Shown here: piece by piece, positions 1 to 19,549 of the stretch | Layout: every line of letters starts with the position of its first letter | Position numbering within the stretch: position 1 is the first letter of the stretch | Assembly (NCBI GenBank): GCA_002269645.1 | Contig: NIVC01002873.1 | Coordinates: 73,037 to 132,777 of the forward strand | DNA length: 59,741 nt | Source of the DNA: Macrostomum lignano | Taxonomy: Eukaryota | Direction: 5' to 3' | Notes under the pieces: model-generated | Databases searched by the model: none | Told to the model about the DNA's origin: nothing | The model's input: the letters and a program-made list of their open reading frames with translations, nothing else | Made by a program: the position numbers and the translations under genes

Positions 1-170
1 TCCCAGATTAACTGGCAAGCCGCTTTGTCCCACTCGATCCATAAACCGAAATGATCTGGGAAAACGTGTAACAAAAGCCAGTCAAGTCAGCCAGTCAGAA
101 GTCCGCAATCGCAGAACCTCTTTTAAAGTGCATGCTGAGATTTAGTTAACCGTTAACTTCAAAGGACCGC

Positions 171-470
171 AAATGGACAGGACGCCTTACCGAATGGACA
201 GGACGCCTTGCGCGAATGAACAGGACCCTTGCCGAATGGACAGGCCCTTGCCGAATGGACAGGACGGCCTTGCCAAATGGACAGGACGCCTTACCAAATG
301 GACAGGACCCTTGCCGAATGGACAGGACCCTTGGCCGAATGGACAGGACCCTTGCCGAATGGACAGGACCCTTGCCGAATGGACAGGACCCTTACCAAAT
401 GGACAGGACCCTTGCCGAATGGACAGGACACTCACCGAATGGACACGACCATCACACCATGAACAGGACC
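171..470. repeat. ~20-bp minisatellite (GAATGGACAGGACCCTTGCC), roughly 13 copies
   Basis: Unit repeats directly; the overlapping ORFs at 173-591 are translations of the repeat. Confidence 0.95.
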
Positions 471-1377
471 ACCATTCAATCTGTATAACTAAATATAAGC
501 TGTGAATCGAAGTTACCGATACAGTAACCTGATCTTGGGGTTTTGAGTATTCTTTACTCATAAAGCAAGTTAATTGCCCAATCAAAATCAATTTTTCTTA
601 CTTTGAAGCTACAAGCGAGCCTTCAACAACAGACATCGACAAAAATTGATGGCCTGTGGGTTGGCTAAGAAGATGATGCGGTACTTGGACATGTCCAGAA
701 TCCGATACTTGGTTGTTTTGGAAATTTGAGCCTTGTTTTCTCGCGGTACAAGACCGAGAGGACGAGGGCGAGAGAGAAGCGAGAAATGAGAAATAATATG
801 AACTGTAGCGGCGGCAGACATCGCTACTCAGGGACCTGAGAGCCGTCCGTGATTCAAGCAAGCCATTGCTCAGCAAAAAATCTAGAACATTGCAACACTG
901 CAGCAGCTGAGTAGCTTCACTCGCCCCACGGCACCACCTCCTATCTGCGCCACTGCTCAGATATTCAGGATAGACGCCAGGTCAAAGCCAAAGTTTTTAT
1001 TGCCTGCAGGCAGGGGGGGGGGTGGCCAGCAGAAACTTGAAACAGGCTGTCGGCGAGGCAGCTGGGACTGCATCAATTATGCAGGGCACGCGAGGCCTCA
1101 AACTGCGGCCGTCGCGCATCCGCCACAAACACGTAAGCACAAGCAGATATGGATACCTGTTATTGGCCATGATAATATCCGGGACTGATTAGGCTTGGTA
1201 TTGATGCTTAAACGGTAATTTAACCATTTAGCTATATGACAGCAGGGCTGCTTCATTCTAGAAAAAAAGTACACTGCAAATTGCCATCAACGAGCTGCAT
1301 GTAGACACGCTAGTTGAATTTTAGTTGTTTGTGTTCTTTTCTCGTTGAGTGCCATTGACGCCAGAGACGTCACAATG

Positions 1378-1545
1378 ATGACGCCAGCCACCGAAGTGGC
1401 GCCAGCTACCAAAATGACGCCAGCTACCAAAGTAACACCAGCTACCTAAGTGACGCCAGCTACCGAAGTGACGCCATGCAGCTACCGAAGTGACGCCATG
1501 CAGCTACCGAAGTGACGCCATGAAGCTACCGAAGTGACGCCATGC
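1378..1545. repeat. 18/21-bp tandem repeat (GACGCCA[TGC]GCTACCGAAGT)
   Basis: About 8 degenerate direct copies. Confidence 0.85.
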
Positions 1546-2446
1546 ACTTCCCTGTGACTGCTTGGCTGGAAGCTGGCTGCAACGAGCTGCCTGTCAGTGC
1601 ACACATGTCTAAGCTATCTAAATTTCGCCTACTTGTAAGCTCTGGTGTCAAGGACCGCTAGAATTAACGGTGACTTCTAGGGGTCCTTGGCTGGTGTTCG
1701 AAGAGGGTCTCTTATTTGCTGCTTCCGCACATCCTGCGATTGTTTTTTGACTGATTTGATGCACCGAGCACACAGCAAAGTTCGGAGAAGGCTACGCATG
1801 ACCATTATGGAAATTGAGTTGAGCAATCTTATATAAAGCGAATTGGATTTTTGCGGTTTCTTTGAGCACTTTGATTACTTTAGCTCTGGCTAAACTGCAG
1901 CAAACTGTGGTAGCAATCCCTGAGTATCGCAGAAACTTTTCCGGTCACTGGCACTGTGCAGCGGATTAGGTTATTATATAATTAAATGCACTATTAAGCC
2001 TAATAGAAACTCGCTACCCAAAACTGCAAATCACTTTGTCACGGAAGGGCACTGCCTCGCATCACTATGCAGCAGCGTTATCTTTGCCGCAACCTGGGTG
2101 ATTCAAAATGTCAGGAAATGATGCCAGTGTCTAGCATCGGTGCCATAAGACTGAACTAAACACACTAGTGTAGCACAGCCTTCCTTCACATGCAGTCTAT
2201 AGAAGATTGCGTCCCCTGCGAAAGCACCAGTACTGCTCCAGCAAGGCCTCTTGACTGGCTGGCTGGCTGACAGGCAGCGGTGACTTGAGTTGAGTAACGT
2301 AAGAATAAAAGCACTGCTTACTTGAAAGCATGTATTTTATTGATTTTAAAGTGCGGCGGGCACGGCTGATTGTCAGCCTTTCGGATTTCCAATTCCAAAT
2401 AAGCCAATTGATACAGAGCTTTTTTGTCTGTAGCTCACATGATTGC

Positions 2447-2605
2447 TTGTGAAGTGTCCCGCCTGTGAAGTATCGCGTTTGGAAGTATCCCGCTTGTGAA
2501 GTTTGTGGTGCCTGTGAAGTGAATATCGTGTCTGTGAGTATTGTGTTTGTGAAGTATCATGTTTGTGAAGTATCGTGCCTGTGAAGTATCGTGCCTGTGA
2601 AGTGC
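2447..2605. repeat. Degenerate ~16-bp repeat (GCCTGTGAAGTATCGT)
   Basis: Recurrent TGTGAAGTATC motif. Confidence 0.75.
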
Positions 2606-3617
2606 ATTTCTATAGTACTTGTCTATAAAACCCAGCTGTAGTTCTTAAGACTTGTATAGTCGTAGACACTGCACGGCATCAATAAAACTCACGCATCTTT
2701 CCTTCAAACTCCGTCAGTGTTTTTGAGCACAGTCTCAAAACACTTTAAATCCGCTGTATAAAGTAAAGAAGCCAATAGATGTTTTTAAGCTTCACAAGCT
2801 TAAGAGGGAATTCTGGGATTCCAAGGCTTAAGGGGAATTCTACATCTATTAGCATCTACAACAGGGTGGCTACTCGTACTTTGACATTACTCAGAGCATG
2901 GAGATTGGCATCGAGGTCCAGACTCAATTTCACAAGGCTCACTGAATCGAAAAGGTTCAGAAAGCCAAAGTTTCGAGTAGTTGAGAGGACTTGAAAATTC
3001 TAATTCAAAACTCTTTCAACCCTGCCGAGGAGCTGCAAGATGTGATTCCTACTGACAAAGCTGGCTGCACCTACCAAGCATGGTCGGGAGTCCTCGTAGG
3101 AGATTAAGACATCAAAGACGATGCCGACATCCGGTCTTTCACTGTATGAGTGAAATGGTAGAGCTCCTTGAAGCGCGTCCGATTGAGTTTGCTTTGCATG
3201 ATCCGGCAGTCAGAGGGGCATGGCGTGAAGTCGGGAGCGTTCATCGAGTCCTGCCAACAGTCTACAGAGGGTAGAATAAATAAAATTCTTCCGGTGCAAG
3301 CTATGGGCCATCAATCAATCATAATTAGGATCATATCCGCTTTTCGACCCAGCAAAGTAGCTATGCATGCACCTGTTGTACATAGAAGCCACAATGTTTG
3401 CAATCTGAATTGACAGTCTGTCTTGAAGTTTTCAAACTCGCTTACCGATATAGGGATTTCAGAAGAATTCTCTGTTTAAATATTTGGCGCATCCTTCAGC
3501 CTTCGCTGCATGTCTATGGGCCAAACCGAATTTCCCTCCGAGAAGAGAGACGTCGTTCTCAATATATGATTCAGCCAGAGCACCACACTGACAAAGACAA
3601 TAAGTAACCAAGTCAAG

Positions 3618-3757
3618 ATGTCAGACGGATATCTTTTCGAGAACATCTCAGACGATAACAGTAAGGAAGATGATGAGGCAGCTGACCAGTCACCAGATCA
3701 GCTGACAGTTCAAGACTCTCACAATTTTTTGAAGTCGTCGATTGCTTTGAAGCAGCT

Positions 3758-3807
<50 letters not shown>

Positions 3808-4829
3808 GCTTAAAACAGCAGCTGCAGCAGCAACCGCAGCTGCATCCTCAAGTTCACGTGGTGTCGCGCGGCGCCTCCGAACTGCTGCACATCTTTGACA
3901 GGGAGCTGGTCAAGCGCCTGACGGAGCCAAACAAAGAACTGATCACGGACACGGTCTGCTGCACCTGCTGCGGCCGGAACTTCGCCCGCGCCTTCACCCT
4001 GCAATCGAGTCTTGTCGGCCTGTTCAAACGCCGAGATGAAAAGTGCAGTGAGCGAGAGCGCAAGTTCTTGGTTAACGGAGATCTGGAAGCCTGGGCCATC
4101 GCTGACGCCGATTGCCAGCCGGCTACGGCGCTGGAGCGGCTCGAGGCTATCCGCCGGACCTACCGACGGCTCGGGCTGGGCAACATCGAGGTCTGCACCG
4201 TCTGCTTGCACAAGCCGGGCTTCCACCTCATCGAGATGGCCGGGTTGGACACTCTGGGCCGGCCGGTTATTTTCTCGTCCTTCAGCCTGCGCAGCTCCAT
4301 GGGACTCGCCGTGGCCGATCTGCCCGCCTACCTGGCGCACCTGTTCCACTTGATCATCGCTTGTATCGAGTATGAACTGCTAAATTTAGAAATCCGATTT
4401 TAGTGATTTTACCGCGAGCGAATTATGTACTTTTCAAATCAGGTTTAAAGCCAATTAGTTGCACGCCGAAATTTTCGGCACCCAATCTTCTCCAGATATT
4501 TGCCGAAAACTCAGCACGGCGTCTGTCTGTTCTTCGACTGCGCCCACCTGAACCCAAGTCACTGCACGGTGGACACCGTGAGCTCCGTTGCCGAGGTGCT
4601 CAAACTGCTGCCCTGCCAGATTGCGTACGCCGTACTCTACCGGCTGCCCTACCTGCTGCGCCGGCTTCTGGTGCCGCTGCTGTACCTCACCGGCCTGCAG
4701 GACAAGATCGTGTTCCTGACCGACGGCTCCGAGCAGGAAAAGATGCTCAACCGGCTGCGACAGTCGCGGCTCTTCTCGGACGCGGTGATGACGTATCTGG
4801 TGAATAACTGCTTCGACGCTGGGCAATGA
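3618..4829 (+). CDS. CRAL-TRIO (Sec14-like) domain protein with N-terminal polyQ, 2 exons, 361 aa
   Basis: Exons 3618-4369 and 4496-4829; phase-2 intron GA|GTATGA...CTCCAG|A joins ACIE-YLPKTQHGVCLFFD. Motifs GLDTLGRPVIF, VCLFFDC, LYRLPYLL and KIVFL resemble the CRAL-TRIO fold (MOSPD2/Sec14-like). CAG tract at about 3760-3810. Confidence 0.75.
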
Positions 4830-5633
4830 GCCACTGAGTAAACAGTTGGACTTGTTGGCGCAAGTGACCAAATGCTAAACAGAGATTTGCGGATAGACAT
4901 TGGGGAACCGGTTTGCGGATCAGGGCGGGCTCCATAGGAATAGTGAAAATTAAGTTGCGAGAAATGCAAGCGATAGGATAAGATCTGAGTAGAGGGTACA
5001 GGAGGCCCGCTCCTCAGCAACTGATCCCGATACCGATGACTGCTGATCCGTCAACTCACTGGAAATTGCCGGATTTATTGGTACAAAGCGATCCATCACG
5101 GCTCGTTGATTCCGCGAATTGGTGAAATCCGAATTTATTATAGGACAAAACTATTCGGTGCCAGCGATTCCGTAAGAGATGCTTCCTGTTTGAGATTTTA
5201 TCAAGTACACCAAGTACGATCGTATGACCAGTTTCAATAGTAAAATATGAACAAACAAAACCCCTAATTAATATTTGTTAACTAGGCAAGTTTTCTTCAG
5301 CGCTGTTATTAAACGTCCAGTCTTAAAGCCTATTGTCATTGTGTGTCTACTGTAGAAATAAGGAAGTGAACAGCGTACTCAAGAAGTCCAGCTGTTGCTA
5401 CTTGCGAGCAAGTAAACAGATTTTACAAGCCAGGCTAAAGCACTAAAACATGATGAGGTCAACGAGGGCTGTTATTGATCTGCTGGCTGCGCATTTTCGT
5501 GGGGTATTACTCAGTCAGCGCTGAGTAAGGCACTGCATGGCACTCGAACGACATTTGCATAATTTCATTACCCTTACACACTATCACTTAGCTCGTATAA
5601 AGAATCGAATAGGAAATCCAAACTAATAAAAGA

Positions 5634-6866
5634 AACTACACTGTAAGTCAGACACTAATAAGAGACACTACACTGTAAGTCAGACACTAATAAGAGACAC
5701 TACACTGTAAGTCAGACACTAATAAGAGACACTACACTGTAAGTCAGACACTAATAAGAGACACTACACTGTAAGTCAGACACTAATAAGAGACACTACA
5801 CTGTAAGTCAGACACTAATAAGAGACACTACACTGTAAGTCAGACACTAATAAGAGACACTACACTGTAAGTCAGACACTAATAAGAGACACTACACTGT
5901 AAGTCAGACACTAATAAGAGACACTACACTCTAAGTCAGACACTAATAAGAGACACTACACTCTAAGTCAGACACTAATAAGAGACACTACACTCTAAGT
6001 CAGACACTAATAAGAGACACTACACTCTAAGTCAGACACTAATAAGAGACACTACACTCTAAGTCAGAATAAGAGACCCTACACTGTAAGTCAGACACTA
6101 ATAAGAGACACTACACTGTAAGTCAGACACTAGTAAGAGACACTACACTCTAAGTCAGAATAAGAGACCCTACACTGTAAGTCAGACACTAATAAGAGAC
6201 ACTACACTGTAAGTCAGACACTAATAAGAGACACTACACTGTAAGTCAGACACTAATAAGAGACACTACACTGTAAGTCAGACACTAATAAGAGACACTA
6301 CACTGTAAGTCAGACACTAATAAGAGACACTACACTGTAAGTCAGACACTAATAAGAGACCCTACACTGTAAGTCAGACACTACACTGTAAGTCAGACAC
6401 TAATAAGAGACACTACACTGTAAGTCAGACACTAATAAGAGACACTACACTGTAAGTCAGACACTAATAAGAGACACTACACTGTAAGTCAGACACTAAT
6501 AAGAGACACTACACTCTAAGTCAGACACTAATAAGAGACACTACACTGTAAGTCAGACACTAATAAGAGACACTACACTGTAAGTCAGACACTAATAAGA
6601 GACACTACACTGTAAGTCAGACACTAATAAGAGACACTACACTCTAAGTCAGACACTAATAAGAGACACGACACTCTGAGTCAGAATAAGAGACACTACA
6701 CTCTAAGTCAGACACTAATAAGAGACACGACACTCTGAGTCAGAATAAGAGACCCTACACTGTAAGTCAGACACTAATAAGAGACACGACACTCTGAGTC
6801 AGAATAAGAGACACTACACTGTAAGTCAGACACTAATAAGAGACACTACACTGTAAGTCAGACACA
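5634..6866. repeat. 32-bp satellite (ACTACACTGTAAGTCAGACACTAATAAGAGAC), about 38 copies
   Basis: Period of 32 measured (5641 to 5673); near-identical units. Confidence 0.97.
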
Positions 6867-7814
6867 AATAATACTAATCCAGAATATATTTTTAGAGCTC
6901 CATGCACAACAATAATCACTGTCATATCAGCGGTGAGGCAAAGAGCCTGCCGGGTTTATTAACAACTCCCTGCCTTGCCTCCGCATCAGCTGCACCGCGG
7001 ACCCAAAGGATGGGCGTAGGTCGTAAAAATTGAACTGAATTGCCAGCAGCATCTCATAGGGGCGGCGTCTACTGCAGGTTGCTGGGTGGAAGAGGAGGTT
7101 TGCATTCGACTGAAAAATAATAGCTGAGAACGCGGAGTTTTTTATTCCCTCAGGCGCAAGCCGGTGCAATCACACGGCTGTATCAATATAATTACGTCAG
7201 CTTCCACGCATCAAAGCAAAGTTTTTTAGCCAGAGAGATGGGCGGGTCCGCCAAGTGTAGCTCACTCCGATATAAAGTACAACTGCATTACTATTGTACT
7301 ACAGACAATCCTACATGTATTTATTTCGCCAATGATTGCACAGACAGCACAGGATAATTGTATGCTTGCAGATAAAGATTTTCCGATAATTTTCATATCG
7401 TAACGATTAATTGAGATGGGCGAGCTTGGGAATGAGTTGTCTGCAGTATAAGCAGATCTAGGCTCTGCACTGCATACTGCTGAGCCAGGCAGTGACCTGG
7501 CGGAATGAGTATTGACTTCCGACTCCTGACTCAAATCATGCCGAGATCATATGGCTCAGTTTCTTCTCAAACTCAGCAACACGTTTCAACTGTTTTCTGA
7601 TCTCAGACCACAAGGGATGCAATTCACAACATTACGCCTGCAGTTCTTGGCTCAACTATGGGTGATGCAAGTTCCGAGGCCCCCAGCATAGGCTGGTGAG
7701 GAAAAAGTGGAGAGTTATGGCTCATTTTGCTTCGAGCTGGCACTTGTTGACTGCTGGTTTCGGGGTGGAAACTTTACAAGTTGCTGAGTGCATGTTGGCG
7801 AGGTTTTCAGCGTC

Positions 7815-9135
7815 ACAAGGCGCGCCTCAAGGTCAGGTCGCGAATGAACGCCACGCCGCCGGCCATATCCGGGGCGCCGGCGTCTGCAGCCAGCAGGCAG
7901 TCGACGAAACGGCGAGTGCGGGCCTGCCCCTTCCAGTAGGGTGCCTGCAGCGTCAGCAGCAGCACCTTCTGCACCGGTTGTGGGCAGTACTACTCGGCGC
8001 GGATGATGTGGCCTGCCAGCTGGAGTCGCCGACGGCGGAACACATCGCTTGGACGGACGAGGCCGGCGCGGCGATATAAAGCCGCGTTGGTCACTTGCTC
8101 GTAGCCGATCTTGAAGGCGGCGCGCAGCAGGCCAGCATGCGCCGCGTCAACTTGTTGCTAGAGTGGCTCCGTCAGCGTCCAGGTCTCGGCGTTGTACAGC
8201 AGGACGGTCTCGATCACTGCCTGGAACAACGCCGCCCTCTGGCGGTCATGTAAGGCCTCAGACTGCAGGACTGCCCTCACAGAACGAAAGGAGCTCACAG
8301 GCAAGCCCGCGGCGACACCGCAAATCCTCGCGGACACCGGGAACCAGACCACCGAGGTAGACGAACTGCTGACAACGCGGAAGCTCTGCTGTCTCTCTAT
8401 CAGCGCCTCGGCACAAAATCGCAGCCTCGATGTCGTCCGGCACGCAGAGCACGACGATTTTCTGCGTGTTGGCAACTAGGCCGACACTCGCCGCAACAGC
8501 AACTAGCTTTTCCAGCTGTCGCTGGGCAGCCTCGACAGTTGAAGACGACAGTGCGAGATCGTTGGCATAGCCAAGCACGCTGAGCCGTCTCTCCGGTTTA
8601 CGTCGACCCACGCGCTGCCGCAACAGAAAGCCGTGGTCGTAGGTAGGAATAGCGGTCTTCAGCACCCAGTCAAGCACCAGAACGAACAGAAACGGCGCAA
8701 GCGTATCTCCTTGAAGCACCCCGGAGGATGTCTCAAAGAAGTCCGATAGGCGGTACATCACCATGATTGCGGAAATCAGATGCTCTGGCACGCGTTGTAC
8801 GCACGGAGCACCTTTGGGAGCACAGAGCTGATGACCGAGTCGAATGCCTTCTTGAAATCTATGAAGATTACAATTAGGATCGACTGGCGTGTCCGCGCCT
8901 CCTAGATGACTCACCGAAGAGCCAGGATCTGCGTCAATGTGCCGCGATGGGGCCGAAGTCGTTCTGCTCAGGACGCACGTACGGATCGAGCACGGGCTGC
9001 AACCGCGATAGCAGCATCGCAGCGCAGGACTGAAGGCAGATACCTCGATGCTCCTCAAGCCTTGTGGTGCCCGGCTTCTTAGGAATTGTGACGATGTGCG
9101 TCTTAAAAAGATCGTCATTGTCATGCACTTCACCG
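7815..9135 (-). mobile_element. Degenerate 5'-truncated RTE-type non-LTR retrotransposon (reverse transcriptase and C-terminus)
   Basis: Frameshifted pieces THIVTIPKK..EHRGICL, GVLQGDTLAPFLF, LGYANDLAL (YADD mutated), FVYLGG, VLLYNAETWTL, LQLAGHIIR. Confidence 0.9.
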
Positions 9136-12100
9136 TTTTGCTTTCGAATTCGAAAAAATGAGCCTTCAATTTTGATACTTCGCAGGAAAAAACGATACTA
9201 CAATCAATTCTGACAAAATCCATTCTAGTGTAATGCACGAGCCGAACCTTCATAATTCAGTTGCCTGAATTGTATATTTTTATATTCATTGTATATTCAT
9301 CACCTTTTCTCCTTTTCCTTATTCTAATTTTTGCAAGCTGAAATTGATAAATTATGAATCTAGTTATTCGTTTTTCATGGTTAGGGTGCATAATAATGTT
9401 TTTCAATACGAGTACATGTATAAATTCGTGAAGTTTGTCATCTCTGATTAAGTCACTTTATACACATACAAAAGTACATCGTAGACTTTTCGAGTTCAAG
9501 TTGGCGCGGTTTTGCAACGACACGATATAAAATATGGTAGCAATCCCCAAAAAAGCTTTATTTTCAGAAGATCCAGGTTTCTATGCTTTTCTACTCGTAG
9601 TGCAGATTTTTCTTAACCGATCGAATTTGTCTATTTAATTACGTACATGCAGTACAAACTCTTTTGATCACGCAATTTGATCCCTTATTCTACTGATCAA
9701 GTCGTTCCTAAGGGGATGCAATAGATTGAAAAAATGCCAAGATTCTGTAGTAGATTTTGTTTAATATGCATTCGAGCCATTCGAAATGCATTTGCAGCGA
9801 TTATAATTGCGTTCTCTATCTAACTAAGTATAATTCATTTTCTGAGACACTCAACCAGACAAATTCAAGTGCAATTTCTTGTTCTCCTTATCAAGCTATA
9901 CGTCGTACATGTACATATGTATTGTAATTCAAGGAATGCTGAGCTGATTTTTTATATAACATTATAAAAAGTGTGCACGCAGATATTTCAGTCAGTTTAA
10001 TCACCGTTACAAGCTTTGCTGCTTAAATTTTGAATCGTCATTTCAAGCGGCTTGCTTGCAACGTGCGCATGAATCCCACTGGCTGTAATGCATGGATTGT
10101 AACTCAACATTTAGAAAATCGACAGGAACCAGAAGCGCCTGTGCAAATAAACACCTGTATCGGTTGCTTATGCTGAAACCTACGCAGAAAGTTGAATTTG
10201 AAGCGAGCATCGGGACAAATGCTGCTTTGTTTTATAGATACGAGTGCGTGTAGATCGCTGTTTATACTCAACTGCACCTGCACCCCGAGGAGACCGGCGG
10301 GTTTATTCCCTGAGCTTTTGCCACATTCCTATTCAAGTCCTGATTCAACGACCGCTGGGGTATCAAATTGTAAGAGGAAAGCAAAAGTGCTAGTACAATA
10401 TGTAGCACTTAAATTATCGACTACTAAATTACGCTCGTACTATACGTTACCACCACCACTACGGGTCCTAGTGCTTTTAATTGTAATTTTAAGTTAAGTT
10501 CTAATTATTGAATGGCAATAGTCAAGAAGAGAGTGAAAAATCATCCAAAGTGAGGCTGTTAAGACTGTCAAACATTCAACCAAGGTAAATAGTTATACTG
10601 CTTTTTTCTTGGCAGATCCGAACCAATTCTATATAGTTCTGGTATTGTAATGTGAAAAGCCTGTAGGCGTTAAAATATAAACAAAATGTCTGCCTCTTTT
10701 AGCGAAATTCAAGTAAAAAAAATAAAAATCAACTTTTCTTAAAACATTTACTCAACTTAAGAATAAGCAAGTGGAAGAAACAGTATGAAAATTGCAATTT
10801 AAAAAACGTTTTCATTTCAAATAGCAAATTTCTTATTTTGTCTTGCTCAGATTCTGTGGTGGCGAATTGTTTTAAAAAAATAATGAAGTGATAATGATTC
10901 GCTAGTGAAATGTGAATAATATGATGCCATACTTGGATAACAGTGATGCTGATGCAGGTGAACTTTACATTACTACATTCTGCTTGTATTTTTATGAAAT
11001 AAGCCTAGTCGATTTATTTCTAAAAGTAATAAATAATGAATATCAACGAATAGTCGAATACGACTATACGAGTAGGCATTCAAATTGAGCTTAGCCTTAG
11101 ACCTAAGGTAGATCCCAAAACCCCATCCGATCAGATAGGCATCCCCATGTTAAAATTCTTGCTCAAAATTTGAAGAAAACGTTTGTTTACTAAGAAAACC
11201 TGCATACTTGCATCAATGCATCACAAAATAAAATGGAATTGCATACAATTCAAGTGTACATTCTTTTGCTAAGGTGATAATAATGAATGTTAATATAGTC
11301 TATATTCTCAAAAATCTTAATAATATTATCTAGCCAGATCATTGTAGGCATATGCAGGAATGAAAATTTTAGCTTTTTTGTAGGCCTAAGCCTAATTTCT
11401 AGTTAAAGCTCAATTTAAATGGCAGTGTTTTTCAAAATTTTAAGGAGTCTTAACTCTAATTCAGTTTTTGTATATAAGCTGCTTATTATTAATAAACCAG
11501 TTATTAACTTAATATCAATGACTAGATATGGCAATACCATTGCCAATAAATCAATATTAGGTCTAGGCCTAGAAAAAATTAAGAAATGCCCTTTGTTAAA
11601 AAAGACCTAGAAATTGCAAGAGGGACAGAACAATTTTTCCAAAATATAAGATAATCACTTAGGTACTATCATATTAAAAAAACAAACTGAACAAATACTT
11701 GGCATTTCAATAGTTAGGCCCCTAGTAATCTTTTACCTTTGTATATTTAATTATTTTCTTAAAAGGTTTCTAAAGTGACAGTTTGTGGTTTGTTAGCTTG
11801 TTAACTATGTGGGGTTTGTTGCTTGGGGCCTAACTCTATTCAATTAAACTTTAAATTCAGTCAACCTAGTTACTTGACTTTATTTAGTTTGTATCTTGCC
11901 TTTGTGATCAACATGTTCTATATACTCTGTAAACTAATACACATTCTATGCAATTCAGTATACATTATTGCACTAGCTTTGCCTTGCCTTTAAAGTCTTT
12001 CCACTTACTCAGCCATGCCATGCATCAGTGCAATTCAATATTCACAATATATAACCTATTGCTCTTGATCTGTGTCTCATCAAGTAACTTGTACTATTCT

Positions 12101-13481
12101 ATTGCAAATATATCGCAAGAATTTATACTTGTTTTAACAACATTTGGTTCCTAACTTTCATGTCACATTAGTTTCAATTTGAATAGATATAGTGTGGCAA
12201 TATTTGTTTTTTATCTTCTTTATATTGGACAAACTGCATTTTAACCACTATGCAGCCTACTCTATATTGCGCTACAACTGTCACCTGTTATATATGCTAA
12301 TATATCAAACTACAAATGCTTCTGTGCACTAGAATTTTCTAGGCAAAAGGATATTACTCTGAGTTCTTTTGCCTAGAAAAGAACTTACAATGATGAGTAC
12401 TACTAGTAAGCTTTTGCTATCCCTTTGGCTGCACCAAATTGTGAAAGGCTTTTATTATCTACATAGCATTGAGAAGCCACCAATTTTTTATAGCAGTTTT
12501 TAGTTTGAGAAACATTTGAATAATAGCTAGTTTACAGGCCAAGATAAGGAAACATGCAAAGTTCTACAGTTTAGTGAATTTCTGCTAAGTGAAATATAGT
12601 AAACCAATTATTAGCTAAATTAATAAATTTTATAAGACAATGAGATATGTAGCTTAGGCAAGTTGGTGATAGTTAAACCTGTAATTTATTAAATAAAACT
12701 AAACAAACAGTGCAGCTTAAACTACTTATTAGCTGACAAGGCAACTTGGTCATGGTTATTCCCACTGTCTACTTGCTTGCCCCCTAGATTGGAAATGATT
12801 GGCATCATACATGCGCAACTTTGGGAATTACCCAGCCGTTTCTATTGGCAACACACATGTAAGTCGCTATTGGCTGAGAGCAGTCACGTGACTACTATTC
12901 CGTCCAATAGTGACTTACATATGTGTGTTGCCAATAGAAACGGCCGAGTGAATCCCAAGGTTGCACCCAAGCATGATTGGCATGCAAAGTGTCTTTGCTC
13001 AGAGTCTGGCCCCAGGGTGGTATGTTCTTTAATCAGTTTCTTGGAATGCTGTGGAGCCATTAGTAAAGACCTTTTTTTCTTTGTAAATTCATTTTCTTGC
13101 TATTTGTACTTGGTGCACAAAGACTATGATGCTTGTCTGTGTCCACAGACTGTTATAATTTATTTGAATAGGGACTTTTTATTTTCTTCACAGTCATAGC
13201 TTATGGGTGAAATCGCTAAGATAGCAGGGCTGAGAAGCCAGAAGCTACATGTCGCTTATTTAAGAAAATTGTTCCATTCTTTGTTGGCTCCTGAATGGGA
13301 GGGGACGCTGATTGCTAGTCTAAACTAAGGGCTTTTTGTCAAAATTTTTGGTATATAGAATTTTGGATTTGGCAAATGTCTTACTAATCTAAAGAAGTCG
13401 AATATTAAAAATCTCGATCCAGTAGGTATTTTTTAGGCTCAGCTGCCTGTTCATGGCTCAGCATTGGCTCTTTCTCTTCAG

Positions 13482-18858
<5,377 letters not shown>

Positions 18859-19217
18859 CGACAGAACTTTTTGCGCTGAATGCGCTGGTATCTACGAGTA
18901 TTTGTAATCCATGCTGTTTTAGCTCCAGCTCGGACTGCAATACTTTGTTAAATGAATGGATGGCATTTCATATTATGTATTCATGCTTATGTCAAGTTGA
19001 TTTATTGCTGTGTGAGGAGGAGAATTAGTTTTGATTATTGTAAATTATCCATGCGAATAATAGTGTCACAAGCTTTCTGTGCAATACTTGGTTTGTTGTT
19101 TAGGTCTCTCAATGTCTTTGACGGCTGAATGACTTTTTGCTTTCTACAGTTCGAGAGTACAATACGTGACTTAGTGGAATCTTTAAAAATCTAGTATAGA
19201 GAAAGTTGAACCTGATA

Positions 19218-19405
19218 CAGAGACAGACAGACAGACAAGCAGACAGACAGGCAGGCAGATAGTCAGACACACAAGCAGACAGACAGACAGACAAGCAGAC
19301 AGACAGGCAGACAGACAGACACACAGGCAGACAGACAGACAGTCAGACACACAGGCAGACAGTCAGACAGACAGGCAGACAGACAGACAGGCAGACAGAC
19401 AGACA
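19218..19405. repeat. (GACA/GGCA)n microsatellite upstream of Pcl
   Basis: Read directly from sequence. Confidence 0.95.
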
Positions 19406-19549
19406 AGGCAACAGCCGGCCAACCAGCCCACTAACAGCGCAGCCGCTGCAGTTGCAGGCAGCTCCCATCGAATACCTCGGAGACCGAAGGCAGCTCCGCC
19501 ACTCGCCAAAGTCGCTCGCCTAGCAGCTTAACGGCGGCGGCCGGTCAGC

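Noticed and set aside
1375-1449. Mucin-like TPATEV coding repeat
   Set aside because: Early stop and frame-breaking 21-bp units
5451-5524. Possible C/D snoRNA (ATGATGA...CTGA); similar at 30598-30680
   Set aside because: No convincing terminal stem, internal boxes or recognisable guide
5634-6866. CRISPR-like appearance of the 32-, 39-, 43- and 33-bp arrays
   Set aside because: Units are head to tail with no unique spacers, there are no cas genes, and the context is eukaryotic
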